A DNA stretch of 64,000 nucleotides from Parabacteroides distasonis (GTDB lineage: Bacteria; Spirochaetota; Spirochaetia; Treponematales; Treponemataceae), in NCBI GenBank assembly GCA_963659855.1, contig CAVKVK010000001.1, positions 18,850 through 82,849 of the forward strand, read 5' to 3'. Each line of letters begins with the position of its first letter. The stretch's first letter is position 1. The position numbers were made by a program, and so were the translations under genes. Below, one piece after another: positions 18,226 to 27,922 of this stretch. Below the pieces are notes generated by a model. It did not search any database, was not told the origin of the DNA, and saw nothing but the letters and a program-made list of their open reading frames with translations.

Positions 18226-21200
18226 ATGAAATTTTTAAGGAATGCTGTTCAGCTGCTCATGATTGCGGTGGCTCTTGCCTTCTCTGGCTGCCACTGGAAC
18301 GATGTTTCTGACAGTGGCGGAGATGACGGCGGTGTGAAAATCACCTCGCTTTCATTTGCGAAGTCAACTCTCTCGATGAAAGTCGGTTCAATGGACTACA
18401 TAACAATAAAAGTGAATCCTGCAACGAGCCAGAAGGACTGCGAATTCAAGTGGACCTATGACTCAAAAATAATCAGCTGCGACACAGGCTCGAATTTTGG
18501 TGTCACGATAACGGCACTTTCCGAGGGACAGACATCGCTCCGATGCTCCTATGGCGGATATGACGCGACTGCAATAATAACGGTCTCAGGATTCGAGGAC
18601 GGATACGAGGAGACAGCCGAGCCGTACATCTATTCAAACACATCGATTCTGCAGACAAGCCCTGGCGTAACAGAAAAGGTTTTTGTCTCTCTCTACGGAG
18701 GAGATGCCTCTGACATCGACGGCTACACATGGACTATAGACAATTCTTCTGTTGCGACGATTCAGCCGACTGGACAGTACTGCCTTATAACTGCGAAGGA
18801 TTCCGGATATGCCAGAATCAAGGTTACAAACAGCAAGGCCAGCTATCCGTATTATATGGGAGTTTATGTCTTTGCGGACGCAACAAATGTTCCTTATATA
18901 ACAACATCCACAAATATTCTTACGATAAACCAGGGCGACGGCGAGCAGACAATAAGCTGCTCTTTGGTGAACGGAAAAGAAACTTCCCTTGACAGCGCAT
19001 TCAAGTGGGAGATTGTCTCCAAGGATTCAAATGAAGTTCCCGTGGGGCTTTCATTCAATGGAAACAATGCGGTTGTGACTCTTCTCCGAGGCGGAAGCTG
19101 TACTTTAAGAATAACGCACCCTGACGCTGCTTATCCGCTTGATATTCTCTGCCGTGTAATCACAGTTGTGAAGAATGTCTACATAAAGCCGGACAGCAGT
19201 ATAATCACGCTGAACGGAACTGACGAGCAGACTGTAACCTGCGAACTTGAGAATATCGGAATAGGCGACTATTCAGTTGACGAATACAGCTATTCCCTCG
19301 ATAACCAGGACGCTGCGGAGATTGTGTCGTCTGTCGGAAACCAGGTCATGCTACGCGGCCTTGCAAACGGAAGCGCAAAACTTATCATCTCCCATCCGAA
19401 AGCCGCCTATCCTAGGGAGGTTCTCTGCATTGTGACAGGACAGCTGAAAGATGCCGTTGACGCCTCATGCTACATAACTACAAGCCAGAACTATATAAGG
19501 ACAAAGGTCGGCGCGGACACGACATCTGTCTCGGTCAGTCTTCGCGGTGGCGATGATGGAGATGAGAAAGGCTTTGTCTGGACTGTGAAAAGCTCTCCAG
19601 CATCCGGAAGCGGAGATGTCATATCGCTTGAGACAACAGACGGAAACGCCGTGCACTCAAGGGTGGCGGCAATGACTTATGCCTACGGAACTGCGTACAT
19701 CACTCCGAAAGCCGAGGGAACGGCTGTAATCACTGTGAGCCATCCGAAAATTGTCTATTCGACGGAAATTCTTGTGAAAGTCCTGGGCAAGGATGCGATT
19801 CTTGAGGAGCCTCTTTATTTTACAGGCAACGGTCTTGTAAAAATCTTGAATGGAAGCGAGGCTGAGTACTCTGTCGGACTCAACGGAAAGAGCAAGTCCG
19901 CCTCGGACGAGCAGAACATAAGATGGAGCAATGACGACACAAGGCTTTCTGTTGTCGGAAACGGAATTTCAGCCACAATAAAAGCTCCGTCTTACGGAAC
20001 TGGGCAGACAATCTCCCATGTAACTGCCAGCCACAGCAAGGCGGAGCAGGACAAGACAATCCTTGTCATGACAGCCGATGACGAGGAAACATTGAAGAGC
20101 ATGAAAGCTCTTTATTCCGACAAACTTTATTACAACTTCGAGGCTGGAAAGGAAGCCACAGTTTTCTGCAGCGCAGTCGGATTCGATGAGTATGACGGGG
20201 AGACCGACGAGACAAAAAGTTATGACTTCTCGATGTTCACATGGACGACTTCCGCCCCTGCCGTCATCTCCGTGGCCAAGAATTCATACAATCCGCTCTC
20301 ATGCACGATAGGAGGACTGAAAGCCGGAACTTGCACGCTCACAGGCTCTATTGACGGATACTCGTGCGACTTCAAGATAACGGTCTATCCTGTCGGAACG
20401 GTCCAGACAGATCCAGAAATCTATCTTACAACCACGCAGAATGTTGTCTCGCTGAAATCGGCCGGAAAGACTGCGTCCGTGAATGTCAGTGTGGTGAACC
20501 TCTCTGCAAGTAAGTATTCCTCAATAAAGTGGCAGACTGAAAATGAATCGGTCGCGACTGTCCAGGCGAACGGAACTTCTGCGACAATAACGGCGGCAGG
20601 TGAGGGCGAGACTGTCATAAATGTCTCACAGTCGGAAAGTCAGAACACGTTGAAAATCTATGTCCGTGTCGGAAGCGAGTACGTGATTCCAGAGGCAGAG
20701 CCGCTTGTCTATATTTCGTCCCTGGATGTTCTGACGATGCTCCGTGATGACTCCGCGCAGAAACTTCAGGCTGTTCTTGCAAACTATTCCGCCTCTGACA
20801 CAAGCGGATTCAGCTTCTCAATAGACAATGAGAATGTGGCTAAAATTTCCGCCCAGTCTGTGAACGGAACCGCATACATAAAGCCGGTCGGAAGCGGCCA
20901 GGCTGAAATCACGATTTCACATACGGCAACCGAGCTTACAAAGAAGGTTCTTGTTGTTGTCGGAAACTCCTCTGAGGAGCTTGCAGGATATGTCTATCTT
21001 ACGACAGGCAGCAATGTTGTCGCTGTCGGTGAGGGAAACACAAAGAGTGTCTCTGTCAGCGTGAAGAATTCAGACTCAGTTGTCCTTGACGGCTACAGCT
21101 GGAGTTCAAGCAATCCGAATGTAGTTGATGTAACTTCAAGCGGGGCGACGGCGGTTTTTCATGGAAACGGAATCGGAACTGCGATGATAACTGTAACAAG

Positions 21201-24162
21201 CAAATACTGCCAGTATCCGCTGCAGATTATAGCCCAGTGCGTTGACCCGGTCGCGGCCGCAGCGAATCCGTATATTCAGCTCACGTCAAGCGTGATGAAC
21301 CTGAATGTCGGGACAACGTACACGTCAATAACGGCGGACTTGGTCGGAGGAAAGCAGAGCGATTTCTCTGATTTTGTCTGGTCATCAAATGATTCCTCGG
21401 TGTGCGCGGTATACGGCCAGAACGAGGTGGGAAAAGTCCGCGCGCTGAAAGCCGGAACAACATACATAACCGTCTCCCATCCGAAAGCCGCCTATCCGGC
21501 ACAGATTCTTGCTGTCTGCGATGAGGTAAAGGAAAGCGAGTGCTCAATAAGCGTTCCGAGCAGCATAATCACGATGAAGCCGACGGACGGAGCAAAGACT
21601 GTAACTGCGACTCTTGTGAACGGAAGCACCAACGACAAGTATAATTTCAGCTGGTCGCTTGATGTTTATGATATAATTGATTTCCAGTATTCCGCGAATG
21701 TCTGCACTATTACACCGAAGCAGACAGGAAGCGTCACAATAACGATTCACCATCCGAAGGCGGCTTATGACCAGCAGATAATCGTGAACGTCCAGCAGTA
21801 TTCTGAGTTCTCTTTTCCGAAGGAAAGCATGACGATTGAGCAGGGGAGCGTGCAGTTCGTGAACATGGAAGTTCCGACAACAACTGTCTCTACTCACATT
21901 GAGTACTCTGTAGAGAATAGCAATATCTGCTCGATTGTGGGAACAAAGTCTGTGGCGCAGATTACAGCGGTCGGCTCCGGAACAACAACCGTGAAGGCGC
22001 GGCTTATCGCGACAAGTACCGGCGTTGAGCAGGCAAGCTCCGAGATGATGGTCTATGTCAAGGAAAAGTCTGTTGATTCTGTATACATAACGGCTTCATC
22101 AACAATCTATACTGTGAACAAGGGAAAAAGCCAGAGCCTGAGTGCGACGCTTACTGGAACTGGAGTCACAAATTCCGACCAGTACAATCTGAAATGGACT
22201 ACTTCCGACAGCGACGTTGTGCAGGTTACAGGAATCAGCTCCGACGGAACTGTGAAAGGACAGTCAATCTACATAACCGCGCTGAAAAGCGGCGAGGCTG
22301 TCATAACCTGCTCTCATGAGAAGGCTGCAAGCACCCTGCAGTTCTATGTGGTTGTTCCAGGCACTGGTGAAAAAGCGGTAACTTTTGACAAGACCTACAT
22401 GACGATTCTAAAAGGCTCCAGCGGAAGCCAGCTCAAGGCGACAATCGAGAACGCAGAAAGCGGCAATGACTACAACAATCTTATCTGGACGTGCGAGGGT
22501 GCAAACGGAGTGGAAGTGGCCCGCGTCATGGGAAGCGGACAGAAAGTTACAATCTATCCAGTCTCAGTCGGCGAGGCGACAGTTATGGCGCAGCTTCCTG
22601 ACAGCTCAAGCATCGCAAAATGCACTGTGGTTGTCGAGGCTGGAAAGAGCCTTGTTTTTGAGACGAACTCAAGAAAAGTCCAGCCGTTCCACTCAAAGAT
22701 TCTGAAATACACGGTAAGTCCTGCGGATGCGGTTCTGACATGGTCAAAGACTGTCGGAGATGGCGAAGACTATTTTGACTACCGCGATTTGGGCTGCGAT
22801 TCGGAAGGAAACGGACAGGTCGAGATTTCAGGAATTGCGGAGGGCAGCGGAACTCTTGCCTGTGTTACGGACGGCGGGGCTAAAGCTCAATGTTCTGTAA
22901 GAGTTGCATGGGACTATGAATTCTCTGTGATCGGTGCGACTACATTCACAGTGACACCGGCGGAGAGCAGGGAGATTGAATTCAAGGTTTCCCCGGCGGA
23001 CTCAAAAATTTCAGTTGCGTCCACATCGTCCGCCTATTTTGACTATGAGATTAAGAACAACGGGGACGGAAGTGGAAGTGTCATTATAAAGCCTGTCACG
23101 GAAACTTCCGGGAATATTTCGATTGACATAATTGCGCAGAATCCTGGCAAGGACTATGAGGAGGTCGGAAAGAAGACCATAACAGCGGCGTTCAGGTATG
23201 ACAAGCTCACTCCAGTTGTCTCGTTCATCGGAAGCGACGGAAAGTTTTCAAGGCTGGATGAATCAAGCGGGGCTTTGTACGTGGGCGACGGCGAGAATAT
23301 TACTTTGAATTTCAGCATAGCAGAGTCCAAGTCGAATGGAAGTGTAAAGAACGTAATTTTCAAGAAAGCGGACACTGAAACTAGATACGGCTGCGAGGTT
23401 GTCGGGGCTTCCGATGGAAGCGGAAACATGATATTCAAGAGCAACATCGAGGATCAGATTGAGAAGGGCTATTGGGTAACCGAGGCGTACAGGCCCACAT
23501 ATAATGGCAGCCAGATTTTGAACTGGAAAACGACGCTTCAGTGGTGGCTTGATAGGTATGAGAAGCATTCGACTGACCACAGAAGCTCGCTTGGACTGTT
23601 CTCGACAGATTACTCAACGTTTGAAAAATACCATCCGAAAGGTCCATCAACATCTGATATGCAGTCGCATTGCAACACGAACAAGATTCTCTATCTTTGG
23701 GCAGGCGGACAGAACGGTCGTGAGGATGATTGGGACAGCAACGACTCCTCAAGACGCACTGTTCCTGTGAAGTCCGGCTATTTTGGAAAAGTCAGGGATT
23801 ATTCCCTTAACGGATTCTACTCGAATGAGGACTTCTGGAGCATTGCGTACTGGTGGTGTCCTGGAGACCAAAGAAGTTCAACGACAGACCATTCTGACGG
23901 AGATTTCTGGTATCAGGTAAAATACGACAAGGCGGTTTGGGATGCCGTTGGAAATGCTGAATACCATATGCACATAGATCCTCATATTATGTCAGAGAAT
24001 GTCTCCTGCTATGAGGGAAATTCAACTGACCAGACCGTGAAAGTCCAGGAGCTGATTGGCTGGCTGACAATTGAGGTTTACCACAATGTCAGCACTGAAA
24101 CTGCAAAACGGCCTGTCTATCTTGAGGTCAGAAACTGCCAGAAGAACCTAAGCAAGCAGTAG
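18226..24162 (+). CDS. Giant lipoprotein with tandem bacterial Ig-like repeats, probable conjugative adhesin
   Basis: Lipobox FSGC. More than 12 repeats of 'W.S.d..Vv.V...G.a.ITvsHPKAAY'. Distinct W/Y/D-rich C-terminal domain. Confidence 0.75.
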   Translation: MKFLRNAVQLLMIAVALAFSGCHWNDVSDSGGDDGGVKITSLSFAKSTLSMKVGSMDYITIKVNPATSQKDCEFKWTYDSKIISCDTGSNFGVTITALSEGQTSLRCSYGGYDATAIITVSGFEDGYEETAEPYIYSNTSILQTSPGVTEKVFVSLYGGDASDIDGYTWTIDNSSVATIQPTGQYCLITAKDSGYARIKVTNSKASYPYYMGVYVFADATNVPYITTSTNILTINQGDGEQTISCSLVNGKETSLDSAFKWEIVSKDSNEVPVGLSFNGNNAVVTLLRGGSCTLRITHPDAAYPLDILCRVITVVKNVYIKPDSSIITLNGTDEQTVTCELENIGIGDYSVDEYSYSLDNQDAAEIVSSVGNQVMLRGLANGSAKLIISHPKAAYPREVLCIVTGQLKDAVDASCYITTSQNYIRTKVGADTTSVSVSLRGGDDGDEKGFVWTVKSSPASGSGDVISLETTDGNAVHSRVAAMTYAYGTAYITPKAEGTAVITVSHPKIVYSTEILVKVLGKDAILEEPLYFTGNGLVKILNGSEAEYSVGLNGKSKSASDEQNIRWSNDDTRLSVVGNGISATIKAPSYGTGQTISHVTASHSKAEQDKTILVMTADDEETLKSMKALYSDKLYYNFEAGKEATVFCSAVGFDEYDGETDETKSYDFSMFTWTTSAPAVISVAKNSYNPLSCTIGGLKAGTCTLTGSIDGYSCDFKITVYPVGTVQTDPEIYLTTTQNVVSLKSAGKTASVNVSVVNLSASKYSSIKWQTENESVATVQANGTSATITAAGEGETVINVSQSESQNTLKIYVRVGSEYVIPEAEPLVYISSLDVLTMLRDDSAQKLQAVLANYSASDTSGFSFSIDNENVAKISAQSVNGTAYIKPVGSGQAEITISHTATELTKKVLVVVGNSSEELAGYVYLTTGSNVVAVGEGNTKSVSVSVKNSDSVVLDGYSWSSSNPNVVDVTSSGATAVFHGNGIGTAMITVTSKYCQYPLQIIAQCVDPVAAAANPYIQLTSSVMNLNVGTTYTSITADLVGGKQSDFSDFVWSSNDSSVCAVYGQNEVGKVRALKAGTTYITVSHPKAAYPAQILAVCDEVKESECSISVPSSIITMKPTDGAKTVTATLVNGSTNDKYNFSWSLDVYDIIDFQYSANVCTITPKQTGSVTITIHHPKAAYDQQIIVNVQQYSEFSFPKESMTIEQGSVQFVNMEVPTTTVSTHIEYSVENSNICSIVGTKSVAQITAVGSGTTTVKARLIATSTGVEQASSEMMVYVKEKSVDSVYITASSTIYTVNKGKSQSLSATLTGTGVTNSDQYNLKWTTSDSDVVQVTGISSDGTVKGQSIYITALKSGEAVITCSHEKAASTLQFYVVVPGTGEKAVTFDKTYMTILKGSSGSQLKATIENAESGNDYNNLIWTCEGANGVEVARVMGSGQKVTIYPVSVGEATVMAQLPDSSSIAKCTVVVEAGKSLVFETNSRKVQPFHSKILKYTVSPADAVLTWSKTVGDGEDYFDYRDLGCDSEGNGQVEISGIAEGSGTLACVTDGGAKAQCSVRVAWDYEFSVIGATTFTVTPAESREIEFKVSPADSKISVASTSSAYFDYEIKNNGDGSGSVIIKPVTETSGNISIDIIAQNPGKDYEEVGKKTITAAFRYDKLTPVVSFIGSDGKFSRLDESSGALYVGDGENITLNFSIAESKSNGSVKNVIFKKADTETRYGCEVVGASDGSGNMIFKSNIEDQIEKGYWVTEAYRPTYNGSQILNWKTTLQWWLDRYEKHSTDHRSSLGLFSTDYSTFEKYHPKGPSTSDMQSHCNTNKILYLWAGGQNGREDDWDSNDSSRRTVPVKSGYFGKVRDYSLNGFYSNEDFWSIAYWWCPGDQRSSTTDHSDGDFWYQVKYDKAVWDAVGNAEYHMHIDPHIMSENVSCYEGNSTDQTVKVQELIGWLTIEVYHNVSTETAKRPVYLEVRNCQKNLSKQ

Positions 24163-24186
24163 TCTTGAATTGAATTGCTAGGCAAT

Positions 24187-24220
24187 AAAAATGCTCCGCA
24201 GAACTTTGCGGAGCATTTTT
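24187..24220. terminator. Bidirectional intrinsic terminator
   Basis: AAAAATGCTCCGCA-GAACTT-TGCGGAGCATTTTT between convergent genes. Confidence 0.85.
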
Positions 24221-24234
24221 GTTTATTAAGTTTT

Positions 24235-25245
24235 TTATTTTTCCTTTGACCAGGTTGTTTCCTGATTGCCAAAAGGAACAAGATAGCCTTTCAGCTTCAG
24301 TGTTGTTGAGGACACGGAAGTTATTATGTAGCTCTTTTCAAGATAATCATTCTGGGCAACATTGTCATTTGAGTCATAGATTTCAAAGAAGTTGTACTTG
24401 TTGCTTCCAGTTCCGCCTGAGTATGTTTTCCATTTGAAAGTCGCATCAGACAAAAGATTGCTTCCTCCATAGACTATAAGAGAGCCTGTTTTGTCTGAAT
24501 TCAAGACAAGGCTGTTTTTCTTGTCAGTCCATTTTCCAAGCATCTTGTAGTCAAGCCCTGTTCCGCTGAACGAGTCGGATGTTACCGTGATGATGCAGTA
24601 TCCTGCCTTTGATGAATTAACGCTTGAGGTTATCTTGACTGTTGCAGTTCCGACTGTCTGTGCTGTAATTGTGTCGCTGTCCAATGAGATTGCATCGTAT
24701 TCATTATTATATATTGAATAGTAGCAGTCCTCGTTCCATGAGCTTTTAAGCTTTACTGTTTCGCCGACTTTCATTTTGTATTCTGTCGTTGTTGCGATGT
24801 CAAGAAAATCACCGCTTTCAGAATCCTCGCTGTTGTCACCGTCAGCTGTTTCTTTTTCGTACTGAGCATAGAAAGTGATGTCCTCATTCAGTGTGAATGA
24901 AGTTCCAGCTTTATAGCTGCTTCCGCTTCCGTCCGCCATTGTGTTCCAGCCCGAAAAATTGTAGTCGGCAACGAAAACGTCATCTTCAGTAAGTTCTGAA
25001 TAGAAGCATTTTGTGCTTGGAAGCGTTATTGATGTTCCTGCAGTCTCTGTTATGTCGGGAATCGCCGCGTTCTCTCCGACTCCGTATTTAGTTGAGTCTG
25101 GCAGGTTCAGGTCGAACTTTGCTGTTGCAGTAGCGCTTTCCCCGGAAGAGTTCTGATTCCCCCTTTCTTCTGAACCTTCGGTCTGACATGACATGAACAA
25201 TGCTGCGGCGACAAGAGCCGCTATTGTGATTGCTGTTTTCCTCAT
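24235..25245 (-). CDS. Lipoprotein with Listeria/Bacteroides (InlB-B) repeat and Ig-like domain
   Basis: Lipobox FMSC; FSGWNT.ADGSG..Y......TL...ITFYAQY repeat motif. Confidence 0.7.
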   Translation of the reverse strand: MRKTAITIAALVAAALFMSCQTEGSEERGNQNSSGESATATAKFDLNLPDSTKYGVGENAAIPDITETAGTSITLPSTKCFYSELTEDDVFVADYNFSGWNTMADGSGSSYKAGTSFTLNEDITFYAQYEKETADGDNSEDSESGDFLDIATTTEYKMKVGETVKLKSSWNEDCYYSIYNNEYDAISLDSDTITAQTVGTATVKITSSVNSSKAGYCIITVTSDSFSGTGLDYKMLGKWTDKKNSLVLNSDKTGSLIVYGGSNLLSDATFKWKTYSGGTGSNKYNFFEIYDSNDNVAQNDYLEKSYIITSVSSTTLKLKGYLVPFGNQETTWSKEK

Positions 25246-25265
25246 TTTTATTTTCCCCATTATTT

Positions 25266-25973
25266 TTACAAAATATTATTAAGAAATTCTGTTGCTTCCT
25301 GCACACCGTTTTCAGAAGATATGCGGAGAAATTTTTTTCCATCAGTTTCATTTTTTTCAAGGAAATCTCCGTTGAATAGAAGCTTTCCATATTCATAGCA
25401 GGCATAAGGAACATTTTTTGCAACAGCGTTTTTTAAATAGACAATTCCTGTTTTTGCATCGGCATTGCATCCTTCACCGGCAACAAGCATTGCTCCATAA
25501 AAGCCTGCCGCCTCATTGCTTTTATCCTTGATTTTTTCAAAATACTCGAATGCTTTTTGCGGATTTACATCGCAGCCTCTTCCGAATCTGTAGGACAAGC
25601 CAGCTGCCAGTGCCACATCTGGATATTTCTTGAATACCTTTTCAATTTTTGCTTCCGGCTCTTGTTCGATATATTCAATCGCCTGTGTGTATTTTCCTTC
25701 GTTGTAAAGATTTAAAAAGGAAGCCGCTGTGTCCTTTGCATAGCTCATTTTGATTGAAAGAAAGACAAACAATGCAAAAACTGCAATCAGGATTGCGACT
25801 GGTATTAGGATTCCCTTTATTCCGTACTCACTTATTGTCAGTTTTCCTATGCCGATAATAATCAGAATGCCTATGATTTTTCCAAGGCATCCGCCTTTCT
25901 GTTTTCCGTTATTCCCTTTCTTTGAGAATAAGTTTCCAAGCATGACTCCGAGCCAAAAATTGTCGTTTGCCAT
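25266..25973 (-). CDS. Membrane-anchored Sel1-repeat protein
   Basis: Two TM helices and Sel1-like repeats (AGLSYRFGRGC..N.QKAFEYF; YG.ML..GEGC). Confidence 0.7.
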   Translation of the reverse strand: MANDNFWLGVMLGNLFSKKGNNGKQKGGCLGKIIGILIIIGIGKLTISEYGIKGILIPVAILIAVFALFVFLSIKMSYAKDTAASFLNLYNEGKYTQAIEYIEQEPEAKIEKVFKKYPDVALAAGLSYRFGRGCDVNPQKAFEYFEKIKDKSNEAAGFYGAMLVAGEGCNADAKTGIVYLKNAVAKNVPYACYEYGKLLFNGDFLEKNETDGKKFLRISSENGVQEATEFLNNIL

Positions 25974-26027
25974 AATAAACTCCTTGTATAATAGTTTATG
26001 TATATGAAAATTTTATTTTCATCTGTT

Positions 26028-26672
26028 TTAATACCGTTTGCGGATTGATGTGTTTCCGCCGGTTCTCTGGTATTCCCTTATTCGTTGCCTCTCCTGCCTT
26101 ATCTCCTCGTCCATTCTCTGGAATCTTATGACAGGAAGCGCGCTGTAAGAAATGTCAAAGTCGCCTTTCTCGATTTTCTTGTATGTAAGGTTGTCGCCGA
26201 AAAAATCGACCATTGCCATCTTGTTTCTTGTGTGGCGGTAGGTGTAGTTCTTCGGGTCGCTTATAGGCTTTGAGAAGTCTCCTTTCCGGCAGAAATCAAG
26301 CCAGTCATATCCGTAGTAAGGCTTCTCCTGCGCGCAAATCACCTTTAGTTCGATTCCGCAGAGCTGCATGTCGCTGTGCCCTTTTTTCCAGGAATAGAGC
26401 GTGCTGTTCATCTGGTATAAATACATGACTTTCTTTGATCCGCCGATTCTCGGGAATGAGACAATAAGCCTTGTCGCATTGTAGAATTCAATCTCAACCA
26501 GCTTGTTCCTGTACCAGCCGAACACCGTGAACGGATACTGTATTGACTTTTCCTCTTCAGTCTCCTCGTATGGTTTCGTGTCGAAGAAGTTCCGGCTTGT
26601 CGCGCATGATGACAAGGCTAGACCCATGAGTGCCATTGCTAGGATTGCTGCTGTTTTTCTGCAATTTCTCAT
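26028..26672 (-). CDS. Hypothetical lipoprotein
   Basis: Lipobox LSSC; overlaps the upstream ORF. Confidence 0.6.
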   Translation of the reverse strand: MRNCRKTAAILAMALMGLALSSCATSRNFFDTKPYEETEEEKSIQYPFTVFGWYRNKLVEIEFYNATRLIVSFPRIGGSKKVMYLYQMNSTLYSWKKGHSDMQLCGIELKVICAQEKPYYGYDWLDFCRKGDFSKPISDPKNYTYRHTRNKMAMVDFFGDNLTYKKIEKGDFDISYSALPVIRFQRMDEEIRQERQRIREYQRTGGNTSIRKRY

Positions 26673-26902
26673 TTGAACACCTTTATTATTTCTGTGGCGA
26701 TGTAGATGACAGAGCAGCCGCCCACAAAGACTGCTGGAGCGTATACAATGAATGTCATTGCTCCTGCGATGATTCCATGCCTGTGCGATATTGGCTCGAT
26801 GATGACGCTGTGGATTCCGTGAGCTATTGTGCCTAGAATCACTGTCGGCAGAAAAAAGAGGAACAGAATATATTTCGCCAAAAGAATCATAGTGATTATC
26901 AT
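26669..26902 (-). CDS. Small membrane protein
   Basis: Two hydrophobic segments; GGAAGG RBS before the ATG at 26902. Confidence 0.5.
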   Translation of the reverse strand: MIITMILLAKYILFLFFLPTVILGTIAHGIHSVIIEPISHRHGIIAGAMTFIVYAPAVFVGGCSVIYIATEIIKVFK

Positions 26903-26936
26903 TTTTGTTTCCTTCCGAAATGTTTTTATACTATAC

Positions 26937-26964
26937 ACATTACCCCCCCCCGAAAAAGTTTCAA
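26937..26964 (-). promoter_or_regulatory. Promoter with a G9 homopolymer in its spacer (phase-variation candidate)
   Basis: Minus strand reads TTGAAA-CTTTTTC-GGGGGGGGG-TAATGT. Confidence 0.5.
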
Positions 26965-27018
26965 GTGGAGGGCATTTCTTTCTTGATGAAAATTTGAAAT
27001 TTCTTGGTGGGAATTCCG

Positions 27019-27348
27019 CTAGAAGTCCATCTCAAGGTTCGCAAGGCAGCACTGGAAATTGTCCAGGGAAAGATTCCAGTGCTGCTGTAGGCACTTTGTT
27101 ATAGCCCAGGCTCCGGCTTCCATTGCGGTCATCCTTTTAAGCACATTCGGATATGCGGTGACTGAGAGAGGATACAGCCTTGTTTTCTCGTTGAGAGTTT
27201 CCCTTGCCGGCAAAGGCGAGTCGTCCTCTGGAATGTATGATTCTTTGACTAGATTGTAGCTGAGATTTTCGATGAATTTTTTTGTCTTCACAAAGAAGAT
27301 GTCCGGGTTTGCTTTTTTAAGCTCCTGTGCTGTCATAAATAACTCCAT
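27019..27348 (-). CDS. Hypothetical protein
   Basis: 109-aa ORF with no recognised motif. Confidence 0.5.
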   Translation of the reverse strand: MELFMTAQELKKANPDIFFVKTKKFIENLSYNLVKESYIPEDDSPLPARETLNEKTRLYPLSVTAYPNVLKRMTAMEAGAWAITKCLQQHWNLSLDNFQCCLANLEMDF

Positions 27349-27494
27349 TGTTTTTGTTTGTTGAGGTTATTTACGGCGCGGGGCTATGCTAGCTTTCCGG
27401 ACAGCGGCGGCGTAATTCGGCTATGATTCCCAGACGGAAATGAAATAAAAAAAACAAAGCTTGTTTTCCGTCCTGGAATGTTCTTTAAGGCTCT

Positions 27495-27734
27495 TCAGCA
27501 GAGCCTTATGTTTCCTGTTATGCTTTCGGGAAGAGGCTCTGTGTTCTCCACATGCTCAAGCCCGAATCTCTGTATCACAAGCTGGCTTACAGTAAGACCT
27601 GCATTCTTCGCCAGTCTGCGCATTATCTCTGCCTGCCTTGCGTTCCTGAATGTGAGGGTCATGTTCACGATGTTCTTTCCAGTGGGCTTCCGGCCTGAGC
27701 CTTCTCTTTTTCCGCCCCAGTTGCTTGTGTTCAT
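27495..27734 (-). CDS. Small ribbon-helix-helix-like DNA-binding protein (probably leaderless)
   Basis: WGGKREGSGRKP followed by strand-helix-helix (LAKNAGLTVSQLV). TTGACA-N17-TAGACT ends 7 nt before the ATG. Confidence 0.6.
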   Translation of the reverse strand: MNTSNWGGKREGSGRKPTGKNIVNMTLTFRNARQAEIMRRLAKNAGLTVSQLVIQRFGLEHVENTEPLPESITGNIRLC

Positions 27735-27922
27735 GCTTTGAAGTCTAAAGCATTTGTTTTGATTTGTCAAGTTGATTTTTCAAGTTGTTTCGGAAAAGAA
27801 TTCCGGAATTTTTTCCTGTGTAATGCGGTGTATTGCTGTTTTTACAGATAAACTGTATTGTAGTCTAAGAAATAATACTGTAATAAAAACAATATTTTCT
27901 GCCCGCCCGGGGAAAAGTTGTT

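Noticed and set aside
18226..24162. Diversity-generating retroelement or shufflon acting on the adhesin tip
   Set aside because: No reverse transcriptase, template repeat, invertase or alternative tip cassettes are seen in the window.
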